The position numbers and the translations under genes are program-made. From contig CAYNOM010000001.1 in NCBI GenBank assembly GCA_964398415.1, forward strand, positions 1 through 47,551: a stretch of DNA of 47,551 nucleotides, given 5' to 3'. Each line of letters starts with the position of its first letter. The stretch's first letter is position 1. The notes beneath the pieces were generated by a model, which had not been told where the DNA came from, searched no databases, and saw only the letters and a program-made list of their open reading frames with translations. Origin of the DNA: an uncultured Polyangiales bacterium (GTDB lineage: Bacteria; Myxococcota_A; Polyangia; Polyangiales; DASUME01). Positions 15,874-23,609 of this stretch are shown one piece after another.

Positions 15874-17426
15874 GCGTGATCCGCTGCCTGCTTGGCCCGA
15901 GCGTGCTGCTGGTGGGGCTCGTGCTCTACGCCTGCGAGCGGCCCCGGCACGACGGCGCAGCCATGACGCCAGAGCCCCTCGAGGCGCTGGACGTGAGGCT
16001 CGGTGAGCCCTTCGAGCTCGCGAGGAGCACCTGCCAGGTCGATGAGGCAAGGACGCTGCTCACCGAGCCGCTGACCGATGGCGAGCTGAAGCGCGTCCCC
16101 CCTGACGTCCACGTGCTCGGCCTGCGCATCGTGTGCGAGGAATCCGACGGGAAGCGCGCTCGCCTCGACGAAGCGCTGCCGCAAGACCTCGTGATCCTCC
16201 TCGAGCGCCCAGGCCAGAGCGCGCTGGCGCCCTCGACACGTCGCTTTGCCCATCTCGACCCGAGCGATGCGCTTTCATTCGAGCTCGAGCCCCCGAGCGG
16301 GCCGGGCGTACGACCACAGAGGCAATACGCAGCGGACACCTGCGCGCGCAAGACACATCGAGCCCCGGAGAAGGCCACGCTCCTCTTGCGGCGTAGACAG
16401 CACGAGATTCGCGTGGGCCTGACGCGGCGCTTCGAAACGCCGGCCTTCGAAGCGGCGCTCGACCTCGCCCTCGGTGCGCTGTGCCTCGATGGCGCGGAAC
16501 ACGCAAGCTCCGAGGCGCTGCGCGAGGCGCGCGCGCTGCATCGCGACATGGTCGGGCGCTTCGGCTATCGCACGCTGCACGTCGAGCACATCGAAGCCAA
16601 GGAGGGAACGTACACGGTCGCGCTGCGTTACGCGCAACCGAAGACGCGCGCGATGCGTACGCAGGCGATGCTCACGCTGCGGCTGTCGGCACAGCACGAC
16701 GCTGGACGCTTCAGGCTCGTGTTGTCGGCCCTCGAACGCGCCGAGGCCCTGCACAAGGCCCTGCGCTGCGAGCGCGAGCTCGACGCATTGAGCTCCAAGG
16801 TCGCGCAGGCTTACGCCGCGCGCTCACAGCCGACGCCCGACTGCAACGTGCTCTCCCTGCTCTTGCCTGGCCCCTGCAGCGCGCTCGACCCAGCGCTCGC
16901 AGAGCCCGTGTTGAAGAGCGCCGCCTCTTGCCTCGACGCGCAGGAGCTCGAGCGAGCTCCCCGACCCTTGCCCGACGAATTTCAACTCACCCTGCGCCGG
17001 GGACGCTCGGGCAGCGCGCTCGATAGAAACCCGCGCTACACCGTGTCGATCTTCGGCAACGGCGCTCTGGTGTTCCACGGTCAGCACTGGGTGAGCGCAC
17101 GCGGGCGCAGTGATGGACGCACGAGCCGTGCGCTGATCGAGCGCCTGTATGCCTACATGCTCGACCTCGACTGGTTCGGTCGACGGGGTGGAGCGTGGTC
17201 GCGCGAGGAGTGCGACCTGAAAGACGAGCGCGGAAACGTCATCACGCTGCACACGAGCCAGGGGGCGCGCATGGTCGTCGATCGCGATGGCTGCCGCGGC
17301 CCCTTCGGTGCAGAGGAGCTCGAGCGCCTGGGCGCTCTGATCGACATGGTGGCGGGCGTGTCGGGCTGGACGTCGCCGCGCCCGAGAAACGCCGACCCGG
17401 GCGTTCACGTCTGGACGGTGGAGTAA
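15870..17426 (+). CDS. hypothetical lipoprotein
   Basis: 518-aa ORF. The N-terminus MSVIRCLLGPSVLLVGLVLYAC has a lipobox-like LYAC. Its start overlaps the upstream stop as ATGA. I recognised no catalytic motif. Confidence 0.6.
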   Translation: MSVIRCLLGPSVLLVGLVLYACERPRHDGAAMTPEPLEALDVRLGEPFELARSTCQVDEARTLLTEPLTDGELKRVPPDVHVLGLRIVCEESDGKRARLDEALPQDLVILLERPGQSALAPSTRRFAHLDPSDALSFELEPPSGPGVRPQRQYAADTCARKTHRAPEKATLLLRRRQHEIRVGLTRRFETPAFEAALDLALGALCLDGAEHASSEALREARALHRDMVGRFGYRTLHVEHIEAKEGTYTVALRYAQPKTRAMRTQAMLTLRLSAQHDAGRFRLVLSALERAEALHKALRCERELDALSSKVAQAYAARSQPTPDCNVLSLLLPGPCSALDPALAEPVLKSAASCLDAQELERAPRPLPDEFQLTLRRGRSGSALDRNPRYTVSIFGNGALVFHGQHWVSARGRSDGRTSRALIERLYAYMLDLDWFGRRGGAWSREECDLKDERGNVITLHTSQGARMVVDRDGCRGPFGAEELERLGALIDMVAGVSGWTSPRPRNADPGVHVWTVE

Positions 17427-17492
17427 CGTACCGCTAAGACCCGGCGACCCACCTCTCGAAAAATGGGCGGCACGCCGCACGAGGAGCAGCAC

Positions 17493-18425
17493 ATGCCGAA
17501 ATGGACGGAAGCCGACATCCCCGAGCTCGATGGCAAGGTGGTCGTCGTCACCGGAGCGAACAGCGGTCTTGGCTTCGAAACGGCACGAGCGCTCACCACC
17601 CACGGCGCCCACGTCATCATGGCGTGCAGAAATCCGGACAAGGCCCAGGCCGCCGCGGCGTCCATTCGCAAAAGCCACCCTCAGGCGTCGCTCGAGCTCG
17701 CGGCCCTCGATCTGTCGAGCTTGTCGTCCGTGCGCGCGTTCTCGAAAGCGCTGCACGACCAGCACGCGCGGCTCGACGTGCTCGTCAACAATGCTGGCAT
17801 CATGGCCATCCCCTACACGAAGACGGTGGATGGCTTTGAGATGCAGTTCGGCACGAACCACCTCGGACACTTCGCGTTGACGGGGCTCGTGCTCGACATC
17901 CTGCTCGCGGCGCCCGCCCCGCGCGTCGTCAACGTGGCGAGCCAGGCTCACTTGATGGGTAAGGTGCGCTTCGACGATCTGGCTTGGGAGCGCGACTACG
18001 CAAAGTGGCCCGCCTACGGCATGAGCAAGCTCGCGAACCTGCTCTTCACCTACGAGCTCGATCGACGGGTCCAGCGCGCGGGCCTCACGCTGCGCTCGAT
18101 CGCCGCCCATCCCGGATATGCCGCGACGAACCTGCAGCACGTGGGCCATGAGCTGTCGGGCTCGAAGATGATGGGCACGATGACACGCCTCGGAAACCCG
18201 ATCCTAGGCCAGTCTGCAGCCATGGGGGCCTTGCCCCAGCTCTACGCCGCGGTGGCCGACGACGCGAACGGCGGTGACTACATCGGTCCACGGGGTCTGT
18301 TCGGAGCGCGTGGCTATCCAACCAAGGCCAAGTCGAACGCGCGCTCGCACGACGCCGACAGCGCGAAACAGCTCTGGGAAGTCAGCGAGCAGCTGACGAA
18401 CGTGCGCTTCGCCGGGCTCGACTAG
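17493..18425 (+). CDS. short-chain dehydrogenase/reductase (classical SDR)
   Basis: ORF 17463..18425 with a likely start at MPKWTE. It has VVVVTGANSGLGFETA (TGxxxGxG), NNAG and the YGMSKLAN (YxxxK) catalytic motif. Confidence 0.88.
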   Translation: MPKWTEADIPELDGKVVVVTGANSGLGFETARALTTHGAHVIMACRNPDKAQAAAASIRKSHPQASLELAALDLSSLSSVRAFSKALHDQHARLDVLVNNAGIMAIPYTKTVDGFEMQFGTNHLGHFALTGLVLDILLAAPAPRVVNVASQAHLMGKVRFDDLAWERDYAKWPAYGMSKLANLLFTYELDRRVQRAGLTLRSIAAHPGYAATNLQHVGHELSGSKMMGTMTRLGNPILGQSAAMGALPQLYAAVADDANGGDYIGPRGLFGARGYPTKAKSNARSHDADSAKQLWEVSEQLTNVRFAGLD

Positions 18426-19168
18426 CGCGGTGACGCGGCATCCTTACGCGCCAGAAAGATGCGGCGCGGCGCGCGTTCGTCCTCCACGTCCGCCTCGTCG
18501 AGCACCTCGACCATGAATCCAGCGCGCTCGAGCAGCTCGACCCAAGTCGCCTCGGGGAACAGCCCGCAGACATGCTCCTCCACGAAGCTGCGCACGCTGC
18601 CGTCGGGCTCTCGTGCGAGGAAGCTATACAGCGTCGCGCTGGTCGTTGCGCTCGGCAAGACCTCGGGAATCCACTCGAGAAAGCGTATGGCGCGCCCGTC
18701 GTCCCCGTCACTTCCCCCACACTCGGTTCCAGGCTCGAAGCGCTCGCGGACATGGTCCGGCACACATACGAAGAGCCCACCAGGGCGAAGGTGCCGATGG
18801 GCGTTCCGAATGGCCAGCTCCAGATCGCCTTCGCTGGTCATGTAGTCGATGGCGTCGTGCGCGAAGACGAGATCGAAGGTCCTCGATAGCGCGAGCGTCC
18901 GCATGTCGCCTTGCACGTGCTCGCAGTCCGGGTTGAGTCGCTTCGACTGGCTCAGCATCGCCTCGCTGATGTCCGTGAGCGTCATGGCGTAGGCCTGCTT
19001 CAGGTAATACGCGTTGTGCCCCCCTCCGCTTCCGAGCTCGAGCATCGTGCGGGACGACGGCGAGCGAGCCTGTATCAGGCGCATGATCTGCTGGTTCTCG
19101 CTCTCGTAGTCCGCGAGGGGAGAGATCAATGGCCACCACGCTGCGAGCGTCTCGTAGAAGGTCTTCAT
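18422..19168 (-). CDS. class I SAM-dependent methyltransferase
   Basis: This is the C-terminal 248 aa of track ORF 18422..19993. The start at ATG 19168 (MKTFYETLAAWW) was checked by hand. Motif I is MLELGSGGGHN. The upstream 275 aa of the track ORF are Arg/Ala/Pro-rich and overlap the hydrolase gene in another frame. Confidence 0.8.
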   Translation of the reverse strand: MKTFYETLAAWWPLISPLADYESENQQIMRLIQARSPSSRTMLELGSGGGHNAYYLKQAYAMTLTDISEAMLSQSKRLNPDCEHVQGDMRTLALSRTFDLVFAHDAIDYMTSEGDLELAIRNAHRHLRPGGLFVCVPDHVRERFEPGTECGGSDGDDGRAIRFLEWIPEVLPSATTSATLYSFLAREPDGSVRSFVEEHVCGLFPEATWVELLERAGFMVEVLDEADVEDERAPRRIFLARKDAASPR

Positions 19169-19188
19169 GTCATCGCCACCAGGTGCCG

Positions 19189-20139
19189 TCAGTCGAGCGC
19201 GCCCTTCCTTTCGAGACGCGCAAGGAACGCGCGGAGGTCCTCCGCCACTCGCTCGGGTGCCTCTTCGTGCGGGACGTGGCCGAGCGTGGGGTACGTGATG
19301 AGCCGGCTCTCCTTCAGCGCCGACACGAACTGCGTCGCCTGCTCGACGCGAGCCAAGCGATCGCGCCGTCCCCAGAGGATCAGCACCGGCCGTTCGATGC
19401 GCGCGAGCAGATCGCGCGTCAGTGCGTGGTCGGGTTCCATGGCGAACTGGGCGATCAGCATCTCGCGCGTGCTTCGACGTTGCAGCGCGCGGTGGTAGCG
19501 AGCGACGTCGCGGGCTCGGATCCGCAGCGGATGGCCGTATGCAAACGCCAAAGACAACGCCGTCGCGGCACGGGGGAGGCCCAGGCGAAACAGCGTGCGC
19601 GTGGGCTCGAACGTCAGCGCGCGAAACGGCCAGGGCGCCCTCTCGTGGAAGCCCGCAGGATCGATCAACACCAGCGCCCGCACGAGCTGCGGGTACTGCA
19701 CCGCCACGTGCAGCGCGACCAGCGCGCCGAGTGAGTTGCCCACGAGCACGGCCTCGCGCAGGCCTAACGCCTGAAGCTCGCAGCCGAGTCGCTGGGCAAA
19801 GCCCGCAGCGTCGGTGCGCCCAGACGGCCACGCGTCGCTCTGGCCAAAGCCTGGCAGATCGAAACGAACGATGCGGTAGGCGTCGCACAGAAGCGCGGCG
19901 AGCTCCTCCCAGGTTTCGAGCGACGCGCCTGAGCCGTGCAACAACACCAGGGCTCGCCCCTCGCCAGTATCCCTGCGGTGCAGCTTCGGCCACGGGCCCC
20001 TGTCCGGAGGGTCCGAACGTCCCTCGGCGGCAGTCACGTCATCCCTCGGCAGCTCATCCTCGGTTTCCGCGGCGCAGGCTACCGCGCCTCTTGCAGAGTG
20101 CCACTCGCCATATAGTTTGTTCACCATTCGGTGCAGCAC
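19189..20139 (-). CDS. alpha/beta-fold hydrolase
   Basis: 316-aa ORF with LVLLHGSGASLETWEEL...FDLPGFGQSD, the nucleophile elbow GNSLGA, and GHVPHEE near the C-terminus. Confidence 0.85.
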   Translation of the reverse strand: MLHRMVNKLYGEWHSARGAVACAAETEDELPRDDVTAAEGRSDPPDRGPWPKLHRRDTGEGRALVLLHGSGASLETWEELAALLCDAYRIVRFDLPGFGQSDAWPSGRTDAAGFAQRLGCELQALGLREAVLVGNSLGALVALHVAVQYPQLVRALVLIDPAGFHERAPWPFRALTFEPTRTLFRLGLPRAATALSLAFAYGHPLRIRARDVARYHRALQRRSTREMLIAQFAMEPDHALTRDLLARIERPVLILWGRRDRLARVEQATQFVSALKESRLITYPTLGHVPHEEAPERVAEDLRAFLARLERKGALD

Positions 20140-20286
20140 CGCGGCGCCTCACTCGCCCCGACGGGGGTCCGCGCGACAGCGTGACGAGCTGGTTTCAAAG
20201 CACCAAATTGTGGGTTGTGCCGCATACGCGGTGTGTGCGAAAGCCCTTGACTGGCGCCAATGTAGGCGTAGAAGCTCTGTCAAACA

Positions 20287-20319
20287 TTGCGCAGCAAGTG
20301 CGTCTTCGCGCCTGCGCAA
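20287..20319. promoter_or_regulatory. dyad symmetry element TTGCGCA-N19-TGCGCAA in the divergent intergenic region (candidate operator or leader hairpin)
   Basis: Read directly: ttgcgca at 20287-20293 and tgcgcaa at 20313-20319. A second, partly overlapping complementarity pairs gcaagt (20292-20297) with acttgc (20327-20332). Confidence 0.2.
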
Positions 20320-20394
20320 GCGAAAGACTTGCGTCCCCGTCCCCTATCGTCGCCGCGAGCGCGCTGCCCGCGCGCACCGCGTTGGAGAGCTTTC

Positions 20395-21789
20395 ATGTTT
20401 CGACGCCGCACCGCCGACCGCCAAGGACACGCCATCGTGATGGGGGCGAGCGTCGCGGGTTTGCTGGCCGCACGCGTGCTGGCGGAGCACTTCGAGACCG
20501 TCACCGTGCTCGAGCGCGATGCCCTCCCGAACGAACCGGACCACCGCAAGGGCCTACCCCAGGCGCATCACCAACACGTGCTGCTGTCACGGGGGCGGGC
20601 GTTGATCGAGCGCTGGTTTCCTGGGTTCGATGCCTCGCTCAAACAGGCGGGAGGACCACTCGCCGACTACACGCGCGACTTCGTCCTCGTCTCGCACGGC
20701 CGTCGCCTGCCTCGCTTCCCTTCCGGCATCGAGCTGCGCCTGTGCCGCCGCATGCACATCGACCATGCTCTCCTCACGCTGCTGGCCGGCGAGCCGCGCG
20801 TACGCGTGCGTGACCGGAGCGCGGTCAAGGGACTGCTCTGGAGCGCTGACCGAAGCCGCGTGCTGGGCGTCGAGCTCGCGAGCGCCGAGCGCTTGCACGC
20901 CGAGCTGGTGGTCGACGCCACCGGTCGCGGCTCGCGCGTTTCGAGATGGCTCTCGGACGCTGGCTACGAGGCGCCGCGCGAGCAAGTGGTGGACGCGCAC
21001 CTCGGCTACGCGACGCGGTTGTTCGAGCGCGCTGAGCACGACGCGGCCGACTTCCGCGCCGTGGAGGTGGCCGCAGTGCCTCCGCACAACCCGCGCGCGG
21101 CCGGCCTCTGGGAGATCGAAGGCGGTCGTTGGCTCTTGACCTTGATCGGCACGGCCGGACAGCACCCGCCCACGGACCACGAAGGCTACATGGCGTTCGC
21201 GGCGCAGCTCGCCGACCCGCTGGTGTACGAGACCATTCGGCGCGCCCGCCCACTTACCGATGCGGTGCCCTTCACCGGCACGGCCAATCGCTTCCGACGC
21301 TACGAGCGCTTGAAGCGCTTTCCGAGCGCGTTGCTGGTCGTGGGTGACGCGCGCTGTGCGTTCAACCCACTCTATGGGCAGGGCATGACGATCGCCGCGC
21401 TCGAGGCGGACGCCCTGCACCGTGCATTGCGCAAGTCGCGCAGCAGAGGTGAGCTCGACCACCTCGCGCTGCGTCGTCACTTCGAGCGCAGCATTGCCCC
21501 AGTGCTCGCCACCGCATGGTTGCTGGCAACCTCGGAGGACCTGCGTTGGCAAGAGACCGAGGGCGAGCGCAACCCGCTTTCGTCGCTGGCGCTCGCCTAC
21601 TTCGAGCAGCTGGTGGCCCTGAGTCCCGAGAGCCCTGCACTGATCGAGACGTTCCTCCGCATCACCAATTTCGAGCGTAGTCCGCTCGCGCTCGCCCGCC
21701 CGCGAATCCTCGTCGACCTCGCGACGGCGTACGTCCGCCGCAGACAGCCTCGCGCCCCTGGGCCGTCGACGAAACCGCTCGCCGCGTGA
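20395..21789 (+). CDS. FAD-dependent monooxygenase (group A flavoprotein hydroxylase-like)
   Basis: ORF 20287..21789 with the likely start at ATG 20395 (MFRRRTADRQGHAIVMGASVAGLLAARVLAE). Supporting motifs are a dinucleotide-binding GxSxxG, VVDATGRGS, and GDARCAFNPLYGQGM (the GD...P..GQG flavin motif). Confidence 0.85.
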   Translation: MFRRRTADRQGHAIVMGASVAGLLAARVLAEHFETVTVLERDALPNEPDHRKGLPQAHHQHVLLSRGRALIERWFPGFDASLKQAGGPLADYTRDFVLVSHGRRLPRFPSGIELRLCRRMHIDHALLTLLAGEPRVRVRDRSAVKGLLWSADRSRVLGVELASAERLHAELVVDATGRGSRVSRWLSDAGYEAPREQVVDAHLGYATRLFERAEHDAADFRAVEVAAVPPHNPRAAGLWEIEGGRWLLTLIGTAGQHPPTDHEGYMAFAAQLADPLVYETIRRARPLTDAVPFTGTANRFRRYERLKRFPSALLVVGDARCAFNPLYGQGMTIAALEADALHRALRKSRSRGELDHLALRRHFERSIAPVLATAWLLATSEDLRWQETEGERNPLSSLALAYFEQLVALSPESPALIETFLRITNFERSPLALARPRILVDLATAYVRRRQPRAPGPSTKPLAA

Positions 21790-21835
21790 ATCGCCAACAG
21801 CTTTCGCTGCTGCACTTCGAGCCTCTGGAGAGAAG

Positions 21836-22921
21836 ATGGACTTCGTATTCGCGACGCAGGCAGTGAACCCGCTCCCCAGCCTGAGGCTTCCGTTTCTTGC
21901 CTCTCTGGCTCGCCCACGACGTGACGGGCGCTTCCGCTTCAGTCCCGAGGAGCGACGGTTCTACCTGATGCAACACGGCTCGAGCACGAGCGCGTACTTC
22001 AACCTGCAGCCTGGAGTCGAGTACTTCGACATGCCCGGGGTCGGCTTCCTGAGCTACTTCACCTACGAGGGGCTACTCGGGCGTGAGCACCTCGTGTTCA
22101 CAAACCCCGTGTGCTCCGACCAGAACCTCGGTCTGCTGATCGACGCCTTCTTGCGCGAGGAGGGAGGCGACCCTGTGTTTGTTGGCATCGATCCCGCGGG
22201 CGCCCGCGTGCTCGAGTCGCGGGGCTACTCGGTCAACCAGATGGGCGTGGAGTTCAACGTTCCCGTGCAGACGTTCAAGGTCACCGGGCGTGGCATGAAG
22301 CACCTGCGCTCAGTGCAGCACTACGCTGAGCGCGGCGTCACGGTATCGGAGCTCCCCTGGTCCGAGGTGGATGCGAGCGAGGTCTCGCGCATCTCGTCGG
22401 CCTGGCTCGGCAAGAAAGCCGTCAAGACCCGTGAGATCAAGCTGCTGAGCCGTCCTCCGGAATGGGAGGACGCGTGGGGCGTGCGCAAGTTCTACGTCTT
22501 CGTCGAAGGACGCCTGGTCGGCTTCGTGTTCTTCGATCCTTTCTTCCGGGATGGTCGCATCGTCGGCTACTGCGCCAACATCCTGCGCAGCCTGCCGGAC
22601 GTGCAGCCTCGGGGCGTTCTCGACTTCGCCATCCTCGAAGCCATCAAAGTCTTTCGGCAAGAGGGAATCGAGACTTTGGCTCTGGGTCTTGCACCTTGCT
22701 ACGACGTCCAGAGCCACCTCAACGAACGCGTCATCCTGCGGCGACTGCTGCAGCTGTTGTTTCGACGCGGCAGCTTTCTGTACAGCTTTCAAGAGCTCGC
22801 CTTTCACAAGACGCGTTGGCGAGGTGCAGAGCAACGCGTGTACGCGTGCCTCCGGGGGACACGAGGGGTCAGCGACCTGCGCGCGGCGATGCTCGCCCTG
22901 CGCAGCATGAACGTGGTCTAA
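21836..22921 (+). CDS. stand-alone DUF2156 protein (homologue of the MprF/LysX C-terminal aminoacyl-phosphatidylglycerol synthase domain), no membrane domain
   Basis: 361-aa ORF with GGAGA 5 nt upstream of the ATG. Length and sequence pattern match the soluble catalytic domain of aminoacyl-PG synthases: YLMQHGSSTSAYFNLQPGVEYF...GFLSY, KHLRSVQHYAERGV, WLGKKAVKTREIKLLSRPP and LYSFQELAFHKTRW. No hydrophobic helices are visible. Confidence 0.7.
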   Translation: MDFVFATQAVNPLPSLRLPFLASLARPRRDGRFRFSPEERRFYLMQHGSSTSAYFNLQPGVEYFDMPGVGFLSYFTYEGLLGREHLVFTNPVCSDQNLGLLIDAFLREEGGDPVFVGIDPAGARVLESRGYSVNQMGVEFNVPVQTFKVTGRGMKHLRSVQHYAERGVTVSELPWSEVDASEVSRISSAWLGKKAVKTREIKLLSRPPEWEDAWGVRKFYVFVEGRLVGFVFFDPFFRDGRIVGYCANILRSLPDVQPRGVLDFAILEAIKVFRQEGIETLALGLAPCYDVQSHLNERVILRRLLQLLFRRGSFLYSFQELAFHKTRWRGAEQRVYACLRGTRGVSDLRAAMLALRSMNVV

Positions 22922-22936
22922 CGCTCGGAGTGACTG

Positions 22937-23605
22937 ATGGAGAAGACCCACGACAACGACTACGGCGTGGTTGCCGCTGTCTATGACGCCGCCGCGCACC
23001 TCTACAGCGGTGGTCAGATTCGCGCTTGCAAGCAGTTCCAGATTCCAGAGATCAGGCCGCGCGATCGCGTCTTGTATGCGGGCGCTGGCACTGGCTATGA
23101 CGCGGCCCTCGCCGCACGTCGTGGCGGACGCGTCACCGTCGTCGAGCTCTCTCGGAAGATGGCCGACCGAGCGCGGCGCACCTTCGTCGATTTCGGCGTG
23201 GTCGACGATGTCGAGCTCGTGGTCGGCGACGTGCTCGCGCACGATCGTCCCGATACTTACGACGTCGTGGCGGCAAACTTCTTCCTCAACGTGTTCTCCC
23301 CCGAGCTGATGCCGCGTGTGCTGTCGCACCTCGCGTCGCAGCTTCGCCCCGAGGGCAAGCTGCTGATCGCAGACTTCGCGCCGGCGCGCACCACGCGGCT
23401 CGAGCGCGGCTTTCAGCAGGCCTATTTCGGCCTTGCGCGCACGGCGTTCCAGTTGCTGTCCAACAACGCAGCTCACCCCCTGTACGATTACGCGGAGGTC
23501 TTGCGATCGCTCGGTCTCGAGCTCACCTGGAGCCAGGACTTCCCGCTCTTCGGGGTAGGGCCCGCCTGGTATCGATCGATGGTCGCCCATCGAAGAAGCG
23601 CATGA
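22937..23605 (+). CDS. class I SAM-dependent methyltransferase
   Basis: 222-aa ORF with motif I VLYAGAGTGYDA, an acidic motif II residue in VVELS, and post-I/III-like DVVAANFFLNV...LRPEGKLLIADF. Confidence 0.85.
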   Translation: MEKTHDNDYGVVAAVYDAAAHLYSGGQIRACKQFQIPEIRPRDRVLYAGAGTGYDAALAARRGGRVTVVELSRKMADRARRTFVDFGVVDDVELVVGDVLAHDRPDTYDVVAANFFLNVFSPELMPRVLSHLASQLRPEGKLLIADFAPARTTRLERGFQQAYFGLARTAFQLLSNNAAHPLYDYAEVLRSLGLELTWSQDFPLFGVGPAWYRSMVAHRRSA

Positions 23606-23609
23606 GCCG

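Noticed and set aside
16824-18149. 441-aa ORF on the minus strand, antisense to the lipoprotein and SDR genes.
   Set aside because: It has no motifs and is antisense to an SDR with clear TGxxxGxG and YxxxK motifs. This is a typical GC shadow ORF.
19169-19993. N-terminal 275-aa extension of track ORF 18422..19993, and ORF 19422..20813 (+).
   Set aside because: The extension is Arg/Ala/Pro-rich and overlaps the alpha/beta hydrolase gene in another frame. The methyltransferase domain begins cleanly at MKTFYE (ATG 19168).
21836-22921. Apparent lower GC of the DUF2156 gene as a sign of horizontal acquisition.
   Set aside because: My hand counts of single 60-nt lines were inconsistent. Inside the gene I counted 36/60 at 22681-22740, 37/60 at 22021-22080 and 42/60 at 22561-22620. 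For comparison I counted 40/60 in the MMPL gene and 45/60 in the HEAT gene. A proper sliding-window GC and codon-usage calculation is needed before making any claim.
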